Under the pieces are notes generated by a model. The model had not been told where the DNA came from. It saw nothing but the letters and a program-made list of their open reading frames with translations, and did not search any database. Of a DNA stretch of 32,000 bases, positions 7,647-16,217 are shown one piece after another. Both the position numbers and the translations under genes were made by a program. The stretch spans positions 1 through 32,000 of the forward strand of contig JAQVDW010000010.1 in assembly GCA_028698185.1 (NCBI GenBank). The letters are read 5' to 3'. Numbering within the stretch: the first letter of the stretch is position 1; each line of letters opens with the position of its first letter. Source of the stretch: Erysipelotrichaceae bacterium. GTDB taxonomy: Bacteria > Bacillota_I > Bacilli_A > Erysipelotrichales > Coprobacillaceae.

Positions 7647-7710
7647 TAATTTGATTTTAGTTTACTTTATCACCTGTCACATATAGGAAAACCAGTATTT
7701 TCAAAATCAA

Positions 7711-7739
7711 AAAAGGAACCTGCGGGTTCCTTTTTTCGT
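7711..7739 (-). terminator. Rho-independent terminator after the HAD gene (right repeat copy)
   Basis: AAAAGGAACC-tgcg-GGTTCCTTTTTT. On the minus strand the hairpin starts right after the HAD stop codon (7739-7741) and is followed by TTTTTTGATTTT. Confidence 0.7.
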
Positions 7740-7741
7740 TA
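7711..7741. repeat. Right copy of the 31-nt direct repeat bracketing the DUF2075/MazG islet
   Basis: See the left copy. The right end of this repeat (..cgtta) includes the TAA stop (minus strand) of the HAD gene. Confidence 0.9.
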
Positions 7742-8521
7742 GAAGAATTTATTGAGGGCCTTGAGCAGGCCGTCATCCATGAAATCGTCGGTGACATAGT
7801 CGGCGATCTGTTTGAGTTCGTCGACTCCGTTGCCCATGACCACACCACAGCCAACTGCCTTGATCATTTCGATATCGTTGTAGCCATCACCAAAAGCGTA
7901 ACTGTCGCTTATTTTCAGGTTGTAGTAAGCCAGGGTCTTCTCAATCCCCTGGGCCTTGGTGATGTCCTTCGAGTAGATCTCAAAAGCATTGATGGTCCCG
8001 TTGTAATCGTAGTTGAACTTGCCGTCGATCATCTCGATGAATTCATCGGCCAGATGGGCCGGCAGGCTTATTTCCATCTTGATGATCTTGTGGTAGACCG
8101 CCTTGTCGAACTCGCTGATGATATGGTCTTCCTTGATGTTGCATCTTTGGTAGAATTCCCAGAGGTTCGTGAACTGAGCCTTCAAGTAGCCATACTTGTT
8201 GTCCTGGAGGATGTATTCCACCTGATGGCTGTCAAGATAGCTGACCACTTCCTCGACGTTTTCTTGACCGAGGTAGTTCTCAAAGATCGATTTGCCCTCG
8301 ACCATCACATGGGAACCGTTCGCCATTACGAAACCGTCGAAGTCGAGCGATGTCAGGTATTCATTGACAAAGGCGTATGGCCTTCCAGTGGCGATGAACA
8401 GGTGGTTGCCTTTCTCCTTGATCTCATTCAACTTTTCAATAACCGCAGGCGGGATCTTGTCGACGCCCTTGTCGTTTTGGACCAGGGTCCCATCAACATC
8501 GAAAAACAATACTTTACTCAT
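7739..8521 (-). CDS. Cof-type HAD-IIB family phosphatase
   Basis: MSKVLFFDVDGTLV (motif I), IATGRP (motif II) and FGDGYNDIEM (motif IV). The ATG at 8521 has the RBS AAAGGAGAAAATTG. It overlaps the stop of the upstream gene (ATGAGTAA). Confidence 0.85.
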   Translation of the reverse strand: MSKVLFFDVDGTLVQNDKGVDKIPPAVIEKLNEIKEKGNHLFIATGRPYAFVNEYLTSLDFDGFVMANGSHVMVEGKSIFENYLGQENVEEVVSYLDSHQVEYILQDNKYGYLKAQFTNLWEFYQRCNIKEDHIISEFDKAVYHKIIKMEISLPAHLADEFIEMIDGKFNYDYNGTINAFEIYSKDITKAQGIEKTLAYYNLKISDSYAFGDGYNDIEMIKAVGCGVVMGNGVDELKQIADYVTDDFMDDGLLKALNKFF

Positions 8522-9809
8522 CAATTTTCTCCTTTATGATTGCTTTGATAACGCGGTGGTGTTTGACTTCCACCACTTTGATATGGTATTTCCCGATTGA
8601 AAATTCGGGTTGGGTGTTGTCTGCTGGAATCTGTTCGAGATGGTGGAAAATGAATCCACCCATCGTTTCGTAGCTTTCGCTCGCGAAGTTCGTTCCTAAC
8701 ACATCGTCCACGTTCTGGGCCGGGGTCGTACCGTAGACAAGCCATTGCCCTTCCTGGATTTCCTTGATCTGGTTGAAAAGCGATTCCTCGACAAATTCAC
8801 CCACTATTTCCTCAAGCAGGTCCGAGAGGGTGACGATTCCGCTGACCCCGCCGTACTCGTCGAGCACGACAGCCATCTGCTCCTGCTTGATTTTCATCGA
8901 GGCGAACAGGTAGTCGGCTCTCATGTTTTCATAAACGAAGTAGGGCCTTTTGGCTTTTTCAGCCAGGATCCGCTTCTTGTCAAGGGTGCGGTAAACATCT
9001 TTGGCATTGACCACGCCGATGATCGAATCCATCGAACCGTCGACAATCGGATAGAGATTGTGCTCATTGGTATCGATGGTTTCCTTCCATTTGGAAAAAT
9101 CATCGTTGACATCGAGATAGACAACATCGAAGCGATGGGTCAGGATTTCCGATGCGAACTTATCGTCGAACTTGAAGAGGTTGGAGATGATTTCCGCCTC
9201 TTCCACGTCGATTATCCCCTTTGATGAACTTGCATCGACCATCATCAGGATTTCCTCCTCGCCAACATCGGTTGATATGGCGTCGGGATCGATCCTGAAA
9301 AGCCGCAGGGCCAGATTGGTCGAAAGGGTCAATAAGGAGACAAGCGGAGCAAAAATCTTGGCTACGACATTGATGACATTTCCCGCAAAAAGGGCTATCT
9401 CCTGGGCATATTGCTGTCCGATGCGCTTTGGCACCAGTTCGCCTAACACCAGGGTGATGTAGGAAAGTACGATGGTGATCACGATAACCGCGATGTTTTC
9501 TAGCAGTCCTAGATTGTCAGTCACATTAAGCTTGACAAGCAGGTCGACCAACCCCTGGGAAAATGACTGGGCCGCGAAGGCCGAGCCCATGAAGCCCGAC
9601 AGGGTGATCGCCACCTGGATGGTTGCCAGGAACTTGGCGGGATCTTGCAACAGACGGGTGAGCTTGATTGCCTTGATGTTGCCGTCCTTGGCAAGCCGCT
9701 CGAGTTTCGTGTCATTGAACGAAATGACCGCGATCTCGCTCATCGCAAAAAACGCATTAAGTAAAATCAGTGCTAGTTGCAGCAACAGCTGCGAAGTAAT
9801 AGTATTCAT
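8514..9809 (-). CDS. Hemolysin-family / CNNM (DUF21-CBS-CorC_HlyC) membrane protein
   Basis: 431 aa. The N-terminal four-TM DUF21 region contains FFAMSEIAVIS. A CBS pair follows (EILTHRFDVVYLDVN...; YPIVDGSMDSIIGVVNAKD). The C-terminal CorC/HlyC-like region contains GGFIFHHLEQIP. Confidence 0.85.
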   Translation of the reverse strand: MNTITSQLLLQLALILLNAFFAMSEIAVISFNDTKLERLAKDGNIKAIKLTRLLQDPAKFLATIQVAITLSGFMGSAFAAQSFSQGLVDLLVKLNVTDNLGLLENIAVIVITIVLSYITLVLGELVPKRIGQQYAQEIALFAGNVINVVAKIFAPLVSLLTLSTNLALRLFRIDPDAISTDVGEEEILMMVDASSSKGIIDVEEAEIISNLFKFDDKFASEILTHRFDVVYLDVNDDFSKWKETIDTNEHNLYPIVDGSMDSIIGVVNAKDVYRTLDKKRILAEKAKRPYFVYENMRADYLFASMKIKQEQMAVVLDEYGGVSGIVTLSDLLEEIVGEFVEESLFNQIKEIQEGQWLVYGTTPAQNVDDVLGTNFASESYETMGGFIFHHLEQIPADNTQPEFSIGKYHIKVVEVKHHRVIKAIIKEKIDE

Positions 9810-9863
9810 AAGTAACTCATTATCTTTTCAATAATGAACCTTCCTTTCATTTTAATTTGACTA

Positions 9864-9892
9864 ATTATACCATTTTTCCAGTCGAAAATAAA
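9864..9892 (-). promoter_or_regulatory. Candidate extended -10 promoter for the CNNM/HAD operon
   Basis: The minus strand reads TTTATT - 17 nt - TGgTATAAT. The -10 is good with a TG extension, but the -35 is weak. Confidence 0.35.
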
Positions 9893-9920
9893 TCAAACTG
9901 GCCGGCTTTCCCATAATGAA

Positions 9921-9945
9921 AAACAAAAAGGAGCCCGCAGGCCCC
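9921..9945 (-). terminator. Rho-independent terminator after mreB
   Basis: The minus-strand RNA is GGGGCC-UGCG-GGCUCC (one G.U pair) followed by UUUUUGUUU. It starts about 12 nt after the mreB stop. Confidence 0.55.
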
Positions 9946-9957
9946 AGTTCATTGAAT

Positions 9958-10947
9958 TTATTTTACGTAATGGAGGTGCTCCAACATTACGCCACAACCG
10001 TTGGCAACACAGTTGAGTGCGTCTTCAGCGACAAACACCGGAACGTTCAATTCGTCTTCCAATAATTTGTCCATTCCCATAAGCAATGCCCCCCCACCGG
10101 TCAGGAAGATTCCGCGTTCCACGATATCCGCCGCCAATTCAGGAGGTGTCTGTTCGAGGACGATACGGGTTTCCCGCAGGATCCGTTGGCAAGTTTCACG
10201 CAATGAAAGCTCGATTTCATCGGCAGTCAAAGTGATTGTATGAGGCAACCCGGTAACCAGGTCACGCCCGCGCACTTCCATAGTCTTGTCAGACATACCT
10301 TTGATGGCACAACCGATCTGGACCTTGATCTGTTCAGCTGTGCGATCACCGATCAACAACTTGTATTTTTCCTTGACAAACTTGATGATTTCCTCATCCA
10401 TGCGGTCACCCGCAATCTTGAGTGATGAGCTGGTCACTATTTCCCCCAATGACAATACCGCGATATCGCAAGTTCCCCCACCGATATCGATTACCATGTT
10501 CCCTGTCGGTCTTGAGATATCCAGGCCGGCTCCAATAGCTGCAACCTTAGGTTCCTCTTCGATGAAAACTTTTCTAGCTCCACAACGTTGCGCCGCATCC
10601 TTGATCGCCGATTTTTCAATCGAAGTGATGTTTGAAGGGCAGCAGATCAGAATTGTCGGTCTTGTGAAGATCCCCTTTAGGTTTAGTTTGTTGATGAAAT
10701 GAGTCAACAGGATCTCAGTGATCTGGAAATCCGCGATGACACCGTCTTTCAAGGGACGGATGGCTTTGACACGACCAGGTGTCTTCCCCAACATGTCTTT
10801 TGCTTCCTGACCAACCGCCAAAGCGCGTTTGGTTTCCTCATCTATCGCCACAACCGAAGGTTCGTTGACAACAATCCCTTCACCTTTGACATAGATTAAT
10901 ATATTTGCAGTACCTAAATCGATACCAATTTCCTTTGAGAATGGCAC
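9958..10947 (-). CDS. mreB: Rod-shape-determining actin homologue MreB
   Basis: EIGIDLGTANILIYV, DIGGGTCDIAVLS and GIFLTGGGALL are actin/MreB phosphate and adenosine motifs. I prefer the GTG at 10947 because it has AAGGAGGAATTACGA upstream. The ATG at 10980 has no SD and lies within the predicted -10 box. Confidence 0.9.
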   Translation of the reverse strand: MPFSKEIGIDLGTANILIYVKGEGIVVNEPSVVAIDEETKRALAVGQEAKDMLGKTPGRVKAIRPLKDGVIADFQITEILLTHFINKLNLKGIFTRPTILICCPSNITSIEKSAIKDAAQRCGARKVFIEEEPKVAAIGAGLDISRPTGNMVIDIGGGTCDIAVLSLGEIVTSSSLKIAGDRMDEEIIKFVKEKYKLLIGDRTAEQIKVQIGCAIKGMSDKTMEVRGRDLVTGLPHTITLTADEIELSLRETCQRILRETRIVLEQTPPELAADIVERGIFLTGGGALLMGMDKLLEDELNVPVFVAEDALNCVANGCGVMLEHLHYVK

Positions 10948-10978
10948 TCGTAATTCCTCCTTGATTAATTTCCTAATC

Positions 10979-11006
10979 ATTTTACCATGTTTGAAAACTT
11001 ATGCAA
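10979..11006 (-). promoter_or_regulatory. Candidate promoter for mreB
   Basis: The minus strand reads TTGCAT - 16 nt - TGgTAAAAT (extended -10). Confidence 0.45.
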
Positions 11007-11168
11007 TAATTTATTAATAAATTCTTCGATATTTTCAAGCAAATTTTATTTCCGGCATATTTTGGTTTCGTTTTCAAATTAGATTGAATAATCCGACCAT
11101 TTTCAGTTGCGGCTGTCTTGAACAAACCGGGACGCCGGGTCCCGATGTCCGCGGTTTGTTGTGCCAAA

Positions 11169-11366
11169 TTAGAAGTGGATGGTGGTGAAATCGAAGATGA
11201 ATTGCGCCAGGTTGTAGCCCAATACAAGCGAGACTATGATAAACAAAACATAAAACAAACGTTCCTGACCTTTGCGGATCAGATCGTCGAACCGGATTGA
11301 CGAAAGCGAGTACATTGAAATCATGATGCAGATGATATAGGTAGTGAGTTTGATGACTTGATACAT
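11169..11366 (-). CDS. Small two-TM membrane protein, DUF1146-like
   Basis: 65 aa. It has a strong RBS (CCAGGAGGTCACC-ATG) and two hydrophobic helices separated by SIRFDDLIRKGQ. This resembles my recollection of the DUF1146 (YwzB-like) motif. The family assignment is from memory only. Confidence 0.55.
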   Translation of the reverse strand: MYQVIKLTTYIICIMISMYSLSSIRFDDLIRKGQERLFYVLFIIVSLVLGYNLAQFIFDFTTIHF

Positions 11367-11418
11367 GGTGACCTCCTGGATTGTCCGATTTTTAAAGCTT
11401 CAACGACTTAAGTATATA

Positions 11419-11448
11419 TTGAATTTCAGCGTCAAACAATGCTATAAT
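11419..11448 (+). promoter_or_regulatory. Candidate promoter for nadE
   Basis: TTGAAT - 18 nt - TATAAT, about 24 nt upstream of the ATG at 11472. Confidence 0.5.
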
Positions 11449-11471
11449 TGAAAAAAATCGGAGGTAAGACA

Positions 11472-13376
11472 ATGATAGATGGATATATCCGCGTAGGCGC
11501 TGCCAATATCGAGACGGCGATAGCCGATCCGGTAAAAAACAGCACCAGCATAATCGAGACGATCAAGAAAGCCAGCCAGGAAAAATGCCAGATCCTGGTG
11601 TTCAACGAGCTGACATTGAGCTCCTACACCCTTGAGGACCTGATCTTCCAGCATTTGCTGATGCAAAAGTGCGAAGAAGAGCTGATCCGGATCGTCAAAG
11701 CCACCCAGGATGTGGATATGGTCGTGGCCGTCGGTCTGCCTTTGGCACTGACAAACAAGATCTACAATGTCGCCGCCATCATCTTCAAAGGAGAGCTGCT
11801 CGCATTCATCCCCAAGACCCATGTCCCAAATTATCATGAGTTTTATGAGGGACGCCGCTTTGAAAAGGCTCCAGAATTTAATACGACAATCCCCTTTGAT
11901 GGCAAACAGGTGCCTTTTGGCAGGAAGTTTGTCTTCAAGAACAACCTGATGGCCGAGTTCACCTTCGGAGTGGAAATCTGCGAGGACCTCTGGGTGCCAA
12001 ATCCCCCCAGCGCTTCGCTGGCGCTCAACGGTGCCAATGTCATCCTCAACCTCTCGGCTTCCAATGAGATAACAACCAAATGCAACTACCGGCGCGACCT
12101 GGTCAGGATGCAATCGGCAAGCCTTATTTGCGGCTACGTCTATGCCAGTGCGGCGGCGAGCGAATCGACAACCGACCTGGTTTTCTCCGGCCACAACCTG
12201 ATCTGCGAAAATGGCAGCCTGATCAAGGAATCGCCCCTGTTTGAAGGCAGCGTGATCTATGGCGACATCGACCTGCAAAAACTGGTCGGCCAGCGCCTGG
12301 AAATGACAACCTACCAGAACAGCTTCGAATATCAGACCATCGGATTCGACCTGCCGGCAGTCGAACTCGCACTAGACAAGAATTACGCGAAGAACCCCTT
12401 TGTCCCAGGCAACCTTGAAGACCGCCACCTGCGCTGCCAGGAAGTGTTCAACATCCAGATGTACGGACTGATCAAAAGGCTCAAGGCAACCGGCATCGAC
12501 AAGGTGGTCATCGGGATCTCCGGCGGCCTGGATTCGACCCTGGCCCTGCTTGTGTGTTCCTTCGCCTTCAAGAAGATGGGACTCGATTCCAAAAACATCA
12601 CAGCCATCACAATGCCTTGTTTCGGGACCACCAGCCGGACTCGAAACAACGCCCATATCCTGATGGACGAACTTGGCGTGACCAAAAAGGAGATCGACAT
12701 CACCAAAACCGTCCTGTCGCAGTTTGTTGACCTCGAACACGACATCAACGACCACTCGGTCACCTATGAGAATGTCCAGGCCCGGACAAGGACCCAGATC
12801 CTGATGAACACCGCCAACAAGATCGGCGGCCTGGTCATCGGCACGGGCGACCTGTCGGAAGTGGCTCTTGGCTGGTCGACCTACAACGGCGACCATATGT
12901 CGATGTACGCCCTGAACATGGCTGTGCCAAAGACCCTGGTGCGCTACCTGGTCGACTATGTGGCCAGCCTGGTGGAGTCAATCGAACTGGCCGATACGCT
13001 AAAAGACATCCTGGCGACTCCGGTATCCCCCGAACTCCTTCCTGTCAAGGAAGATACGATCCACCAGATCACCGAGGATATCGTCGGACCTTACGAGCTC
13101 CATGACTTTTTCCTGTACCACTTCATACGCTCGCATGACCGGCCCCGCAAGCTCTTGCGCAAGAGTATGCTGGCCTACCAGGACAAGTACGACCGGGAAA
13201 CGATCCTCAAGTGGCTAAGGCTGTTCTACCGCCGCTTCTTCACCCAGCAGTTCAAGCGTTCCTGCATCCCCGACGGTCCCAAAGTCGGAACGGTTTCGCT
13301 TTCGCCCCGGGGTGACTGGCGGATGCCTAGCGATGCGAGCTATTCCCTGTTCGTGTCCGAACTCGACCAACTATAA
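11472..13376 (+). CDS. nadE: Glutamine-dependent NAD(+) synthetase
   Basis: The N-terminal nitrilase/CN-hydrolase domain contains FNELTLSSY, EICEDLW and the active-site region around LSASNE. The C-terminal NAD synthetase domain has the SGGLDST PP-loop. The RBS is CGGAGGTAAGACA-ATG. The ORF-track start at 11448 is a TTG inside the -10 box. Confidence 0.9.
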   Translation: MIDGYIRVGAANIETAIADPVKNSTSIIETIKKASQEKCQILVFNELTLSSYTLEDLIFQHLLMQKCEEELIRIVKATQDVDMVVAVGLPLALTNKIYNVAAIIFKGELLAFIPKTHVPNYHEFYEGRRFEKAPEFNTTIPFDGKQVPFGRKFVFKNNLMAEFTFGVEICEDLWVPNPPSASLALNGANVILNLSASNEITTKCNYRRDLVRMQSASLICGYVYASAAASESTTDLVFSGHNLICENGSLIKESPLFEGSVIYGDIDLQKLVGQRLEMTTYQNSFEYQTIGFDLPAVELALDKNYAKNPFVPGNLEDRHLRCQEVFNIQMYGLIKRLKATGIDKVVIGISGGLDSTLALLVCSFAFKKMGLDSKNITAITMPCFGTTSRTRNNAHILMDELGVTKKEIDITKTVLSQFVDLEHDINDHSVTYENVQARTRTQILMNTANKIGGLVIGTGDLSEVALGWSTYNGDHMSMYALNMAVPKTLVRYLVDYVASLVESIELADTLKDILATPVSPELLPVKEDTIHQITEDIVGPYELHDFFLYHFIRSHDRPRKLLRKSMLAYQDKYDRETILKWLRLFYRRFFTQQFKRSCIPDGPKVGTVSLSPRGDWRMPSDASYSLFVSELDQL

Positions 13377-13384
13377 TTTGAAAT

Positions 13385-13416
13385 AGAAACCTTTTACCAG
13401 GTTTCTGTTTTTTTGT
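13385..13416 (+). terminator. Rho-independent terminator after nadE
   Basis: AGAAACC-ttttacca-GGTTTCT followed by GTTTTTTTGTTT. Confidence 0.7.
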
Positions 13417-13469
13417 TTGGCATTCCTTTTGCCAGGCAGCTTTGATATAATGTTACATGAGGTGAAAAT

Positions 13470-16217
13470 ATGACAAACCTGAACAAGACAACGATAAAAC
13501 GGATAATCCAGGCCAGTCGCGACGAACCGTTTGCGACCTTCCATGTGATTGTCAAAGACAAGCTGGCAATAGAAGAGGCCTTTTTGCACGCCACTTCCAG
13601 CCTGTTCAATATCGAGATAATATCCTATGGCGAACTGATCGCCTATTTCAAGGACCTGTACCGGCTCAACCATCTAAGACTGCCCGATGGCGACGAAAGC
13701 CTGCTTTTTTTAAAGGAATACCTGGAAACCCAGGAGTTTACGACCTTCAAGAACTGCTCGATTGCCACCACCCGATCACTTCTTGATTTCATCAAGATAG
13801 CCCATGACCATAACAGCCACTTCGACCCCGGCAATTTGAGTCTGCTTTCAAAAACGAAGATCAGGGAATTCCACAAGATCTACGAGGCCTTTTTGGACTC
13901 GCTTGACGATTCGACCCGCCTAGGCTTTGAAGACGAGATCGCCACCCGGCTCGACTGGCAAGTGAGCTCAAGCCATTTCTATTTCTGTCTTGAGGAATAT
14001 ACAACCAGACAGGACAAACTGATAAAAGCGCTGGCGACACTGGCGAATGTCGAGATGCTCGAATACTCCAGCTACAGCGATTCGCCTTTGGCAAACCATC
14101 TCGAGACCAACTTTTTTAACGGCGACCAGAAATCAAGCCTGCCCACCCCTTATCACCGGCTTGACCTGGGTGTCGCTTCGATGCAGTACCACCAGGTGGC
14201 TCAGGCCATTTTCCAGGCGCTAAAAAACAATGAGGCCAGATACGGTGATTTTGCGATCGTCACCAACAACCCCGCCGACCAGGAAAAGATGAGCCGGGTG
14301 TTGGAGGACTTCCAGATCCCCTGCAACGGGGCAATCAGCCACAAGAACAACCCCTACCTGGCGGTATTGGCTTTAAGGAACTATCTTATCAACAACGACG
14401 AACAAGCCCTGGTTGCCTTCCTTGCCAACCCTGCTGTAAAAAGCGGGTTTGGACAGTACGAGCTGCTTGAGTTCAAAAAGACCTCAGCGATGCCCGCCAA
14501 CATCCTTGATGGCTTCACTCTTGAACAGCGGTCGCAAGTTGGCAACTACGCCATTAAAATGACCTTGCTGCTTGAGACCCATTTCCAGCCCGGGCCCCAG
14601 GTAAAGGACATAAAAAGCCAGCTGGCCGGATTGAAGCGCCATCAGACAAGTCTGGACCTGGTTGATTTTTTCGATCTTCTTTTAAGCAAGATTGAACCGG
14701 GATGTCAGGCTGGAGCGATCCTCAATGACCATGTCCACCTGATCGATCTCCACAGCCCCTGGCTGGAAATCCTTGAAATCAAACAGGTGTACGTCCTTTC
14801 ATGCAACGAGGACGTCTATCCCAAGAAAATCAAGAACAACCAGATCCTCCTTGACGATGAGTTGCGCCAGCTTGGCCTGCCCACCATCAAGGACCGGATT
14901 GACCGGGAAAACCGCCTGATCCTGAGCCTGCTGGCCAGTTCGGTAAGCAAGATCGTCTTTTGCTGCGGGATGTTCAACCTGAAAAGCGAACCGCTGCTCG
15001 ACGCCTCGGTGCTCAAGAACCTTTTCAAGCGATACCAGTTCCAAAAACAGCCGCTCCAGGCAAAAAGCAATCATCCCCGACTCGTGGCGCCGCTCTATTT
15101 GGACCGGACGTTCGCCACCGAAAAGACAGTGGTCAACTCCCTGATCGAGAAGTACAACACCAGCTCCAACCAGCCCGATATCATCGCGGCCGGGCTTCCG
15201 GTCACAAAGCTTTCGCCATCGCAGATCGAAACGTACAACAGCTGTCCTTTCAAGTACTTTTTGAGCTACCACGGGGCGCTTCGGCCTTTGCCTGAAAGCA
15301 AGATCCAGGCCAACCAGACCGGGACGCTGATCCACCACCTGATCGAACAGAGCCAGGATTTCATCGAAAACTACGATTTCGATGCGGTCGGACCCCATCT
15401 TAAGGTGTTGTGTGAGCAGTTCGCCGACGACAACAGGATCGCCAAGACTAGTTACAACGACCTGCTGCTGCGCAGAATCCAGGAAGACATGGTTGTCACC
15501 CTGGCGATCTTGAACAAGCAACATCAAATATCCCACAGCAATATCCTGGCTACGGAAAAGTACGTTTCCTTGGCCACCGATGAACTCTCGCTCCATGGCA
15601 AGATCGACCGGGTCAACGTGAGCGATGACTATGTGGCTGTGGTCGATTACAAAGGGTCGGCCAAAAAGCTCGACGAGAAATACCTTGTCCTGGGGGTCAA
15701 TATCCAGATGATGGTCTACCTGTACATGATGGCCCGGCAGGATGAAAGGAAACCCGGAGGCGTCTTCTACTTCAACTACGCTCCAATGACTCTCCAATCC
15801 AAGGAACCTCTAAAACAAGCAACCCTCGACCCGGCCGTCTTGCTCAAGGAAAAGCGGATGGTCGGCCTGCTTGACGAGGACTTTGCCGACATGATTGAAA
15901 GTGTCGAGCCCAGCGAAGAGGCCCTCACTTTCAAGGCCAGGAAGCTAAAAAGCGGCAACTGGGCCAGCAACGCTCCGGTAAAAAGCAAGGACCAGCTCTC
16001 AGCCCTGATGAATGAAATCATCTTGTATATCGAAAAGCTTGGCGGCAATCTTGCCACCGGGAAGATACCCATCGCCCCGATCATCTCGGACATCGAGGAC
16101 AAGCAGTTTCTAAAACCATGCACGTATTGCGATTACAAGGCAATCTGCAAGTTCGACCCGTTCTACAACGAATACCGCAATCTGGCCAAGGAGGTAAAGG
16201 AAAATGAATCTAAATAG
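13470..16217 (+). CDS. addB: ATP-dependent helicase/nuclease AddAB, subunit B (AddB/RexB)
   Basis: 915 aa, immediately upstream of addA and overlapping it. The C-terminal nuclease motif is GKIDRVNV...VAVVDYKGS. Four cysteines fit the AddB Fe-S cluster pattern (YNSCPFKYF ... KPCTYCDYKAIC). The RBS is GAGGTGAAAAT-ATG. Confidence 0.9.
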   Translation: MTNLNKTTIKRIIQASRDEPFATFHVIVKDKLAIEEAFLHATSSLFNIEIISYGELIAYFKDLYRLNHLRLPDGDESLLFLKEYLETQEFTTFKNCSIATTRSLLDFIKIAHDHNSHFDPGNLSLLSKTKIREFHKIYEAFLDSLDDSTRLGFEDEIATRLDWQVSSSHFYFCLEEYTTRQDKLIKALATLANVEMLEYSSYSDSPLANHLETNFFNGDQKSSLPTPYHRLDLGVASMQYHQVAQAIFQALKNNEARYGDFAIVTNNPADQEKMSRVLEDFQIPCNGAISHKNNPYLAVLALRNYLINNDEQALVAFLANPAVKSGFGQYELLEFKKTSAMPANILDGFTLEQRSQVGNYAIKMTLLLETHFQPGPQVKDIKSQLAGLKRHQTSLDLVDFFDLLLSKIEPGCQAGAILNDHVHLIDLHSPWLEILEIKQVYVLSCNEDVYPKKIKNNQILLDDELRQLGLPTIKDRIDRENRLILSLLASSVSKIVFCCGMFNLKSEPLLDASVLKNLFKRYQFQKQPLQAKSNHPRLVAPLYLDRTFATEKTVVNSLIEKYNTSSNQPDIIAAGLPVTKLSPSQIETYNSCPFKYFLSYHGALRPLPESKIQANQTGTLIHHLIEQSQDFIENYDFDAVGPHLKVLCEQFADDNRIAKTSYNDLLLRRIQEDMVVTLAILNKQHQISHSNILATEKYVSLATDELSLHGKIDRVNVSDDYVAVVDYKGSAKKLDEKYLVLGVNIQMMVYLYMMARQDERKPGGVFYFNYAPMTLQSKEPLKQATLDPAVLLKEKRMVGLLDEDFADMIESVEPSEEALTFKARKLKSGNWASNAPVKSKDQLSALMNEIILYIEKLGGNLATGKIPIAPIISDIEDKQFLKPCTYCDYKAICKFDPFYNEYRNLAKEVKENESK

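Noticed and set aside
10982-11227. 81-aa minus-strand ORF in the spacer upstream of mreB
   Set aside because: It overlaps the 3' end of the DUF1146-like gene in another frame and runs through the GC-rich hairpin and the mreB promoter. It has no RBS.
11442-12278. 278-aa minus-strand ORF overlapping the 5' half of nadE
   Set aside because: It is antisense to the nitrilase domain of NAD synthetase, whose motifs are clear on the plus strand. It has no RBS, and the ORF starts inside the nadE promoter.
14799-15797. 332-aa ORF on the minus strand inside addB
   Set aside because: It is antisense to a well-supported AddB reading frame. The translation is a low-information L/V/D/G/Q/R-rich string typical of the reverse frame of a moderately GC-rich gene. 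It has no RBS and no recognisable motifs.
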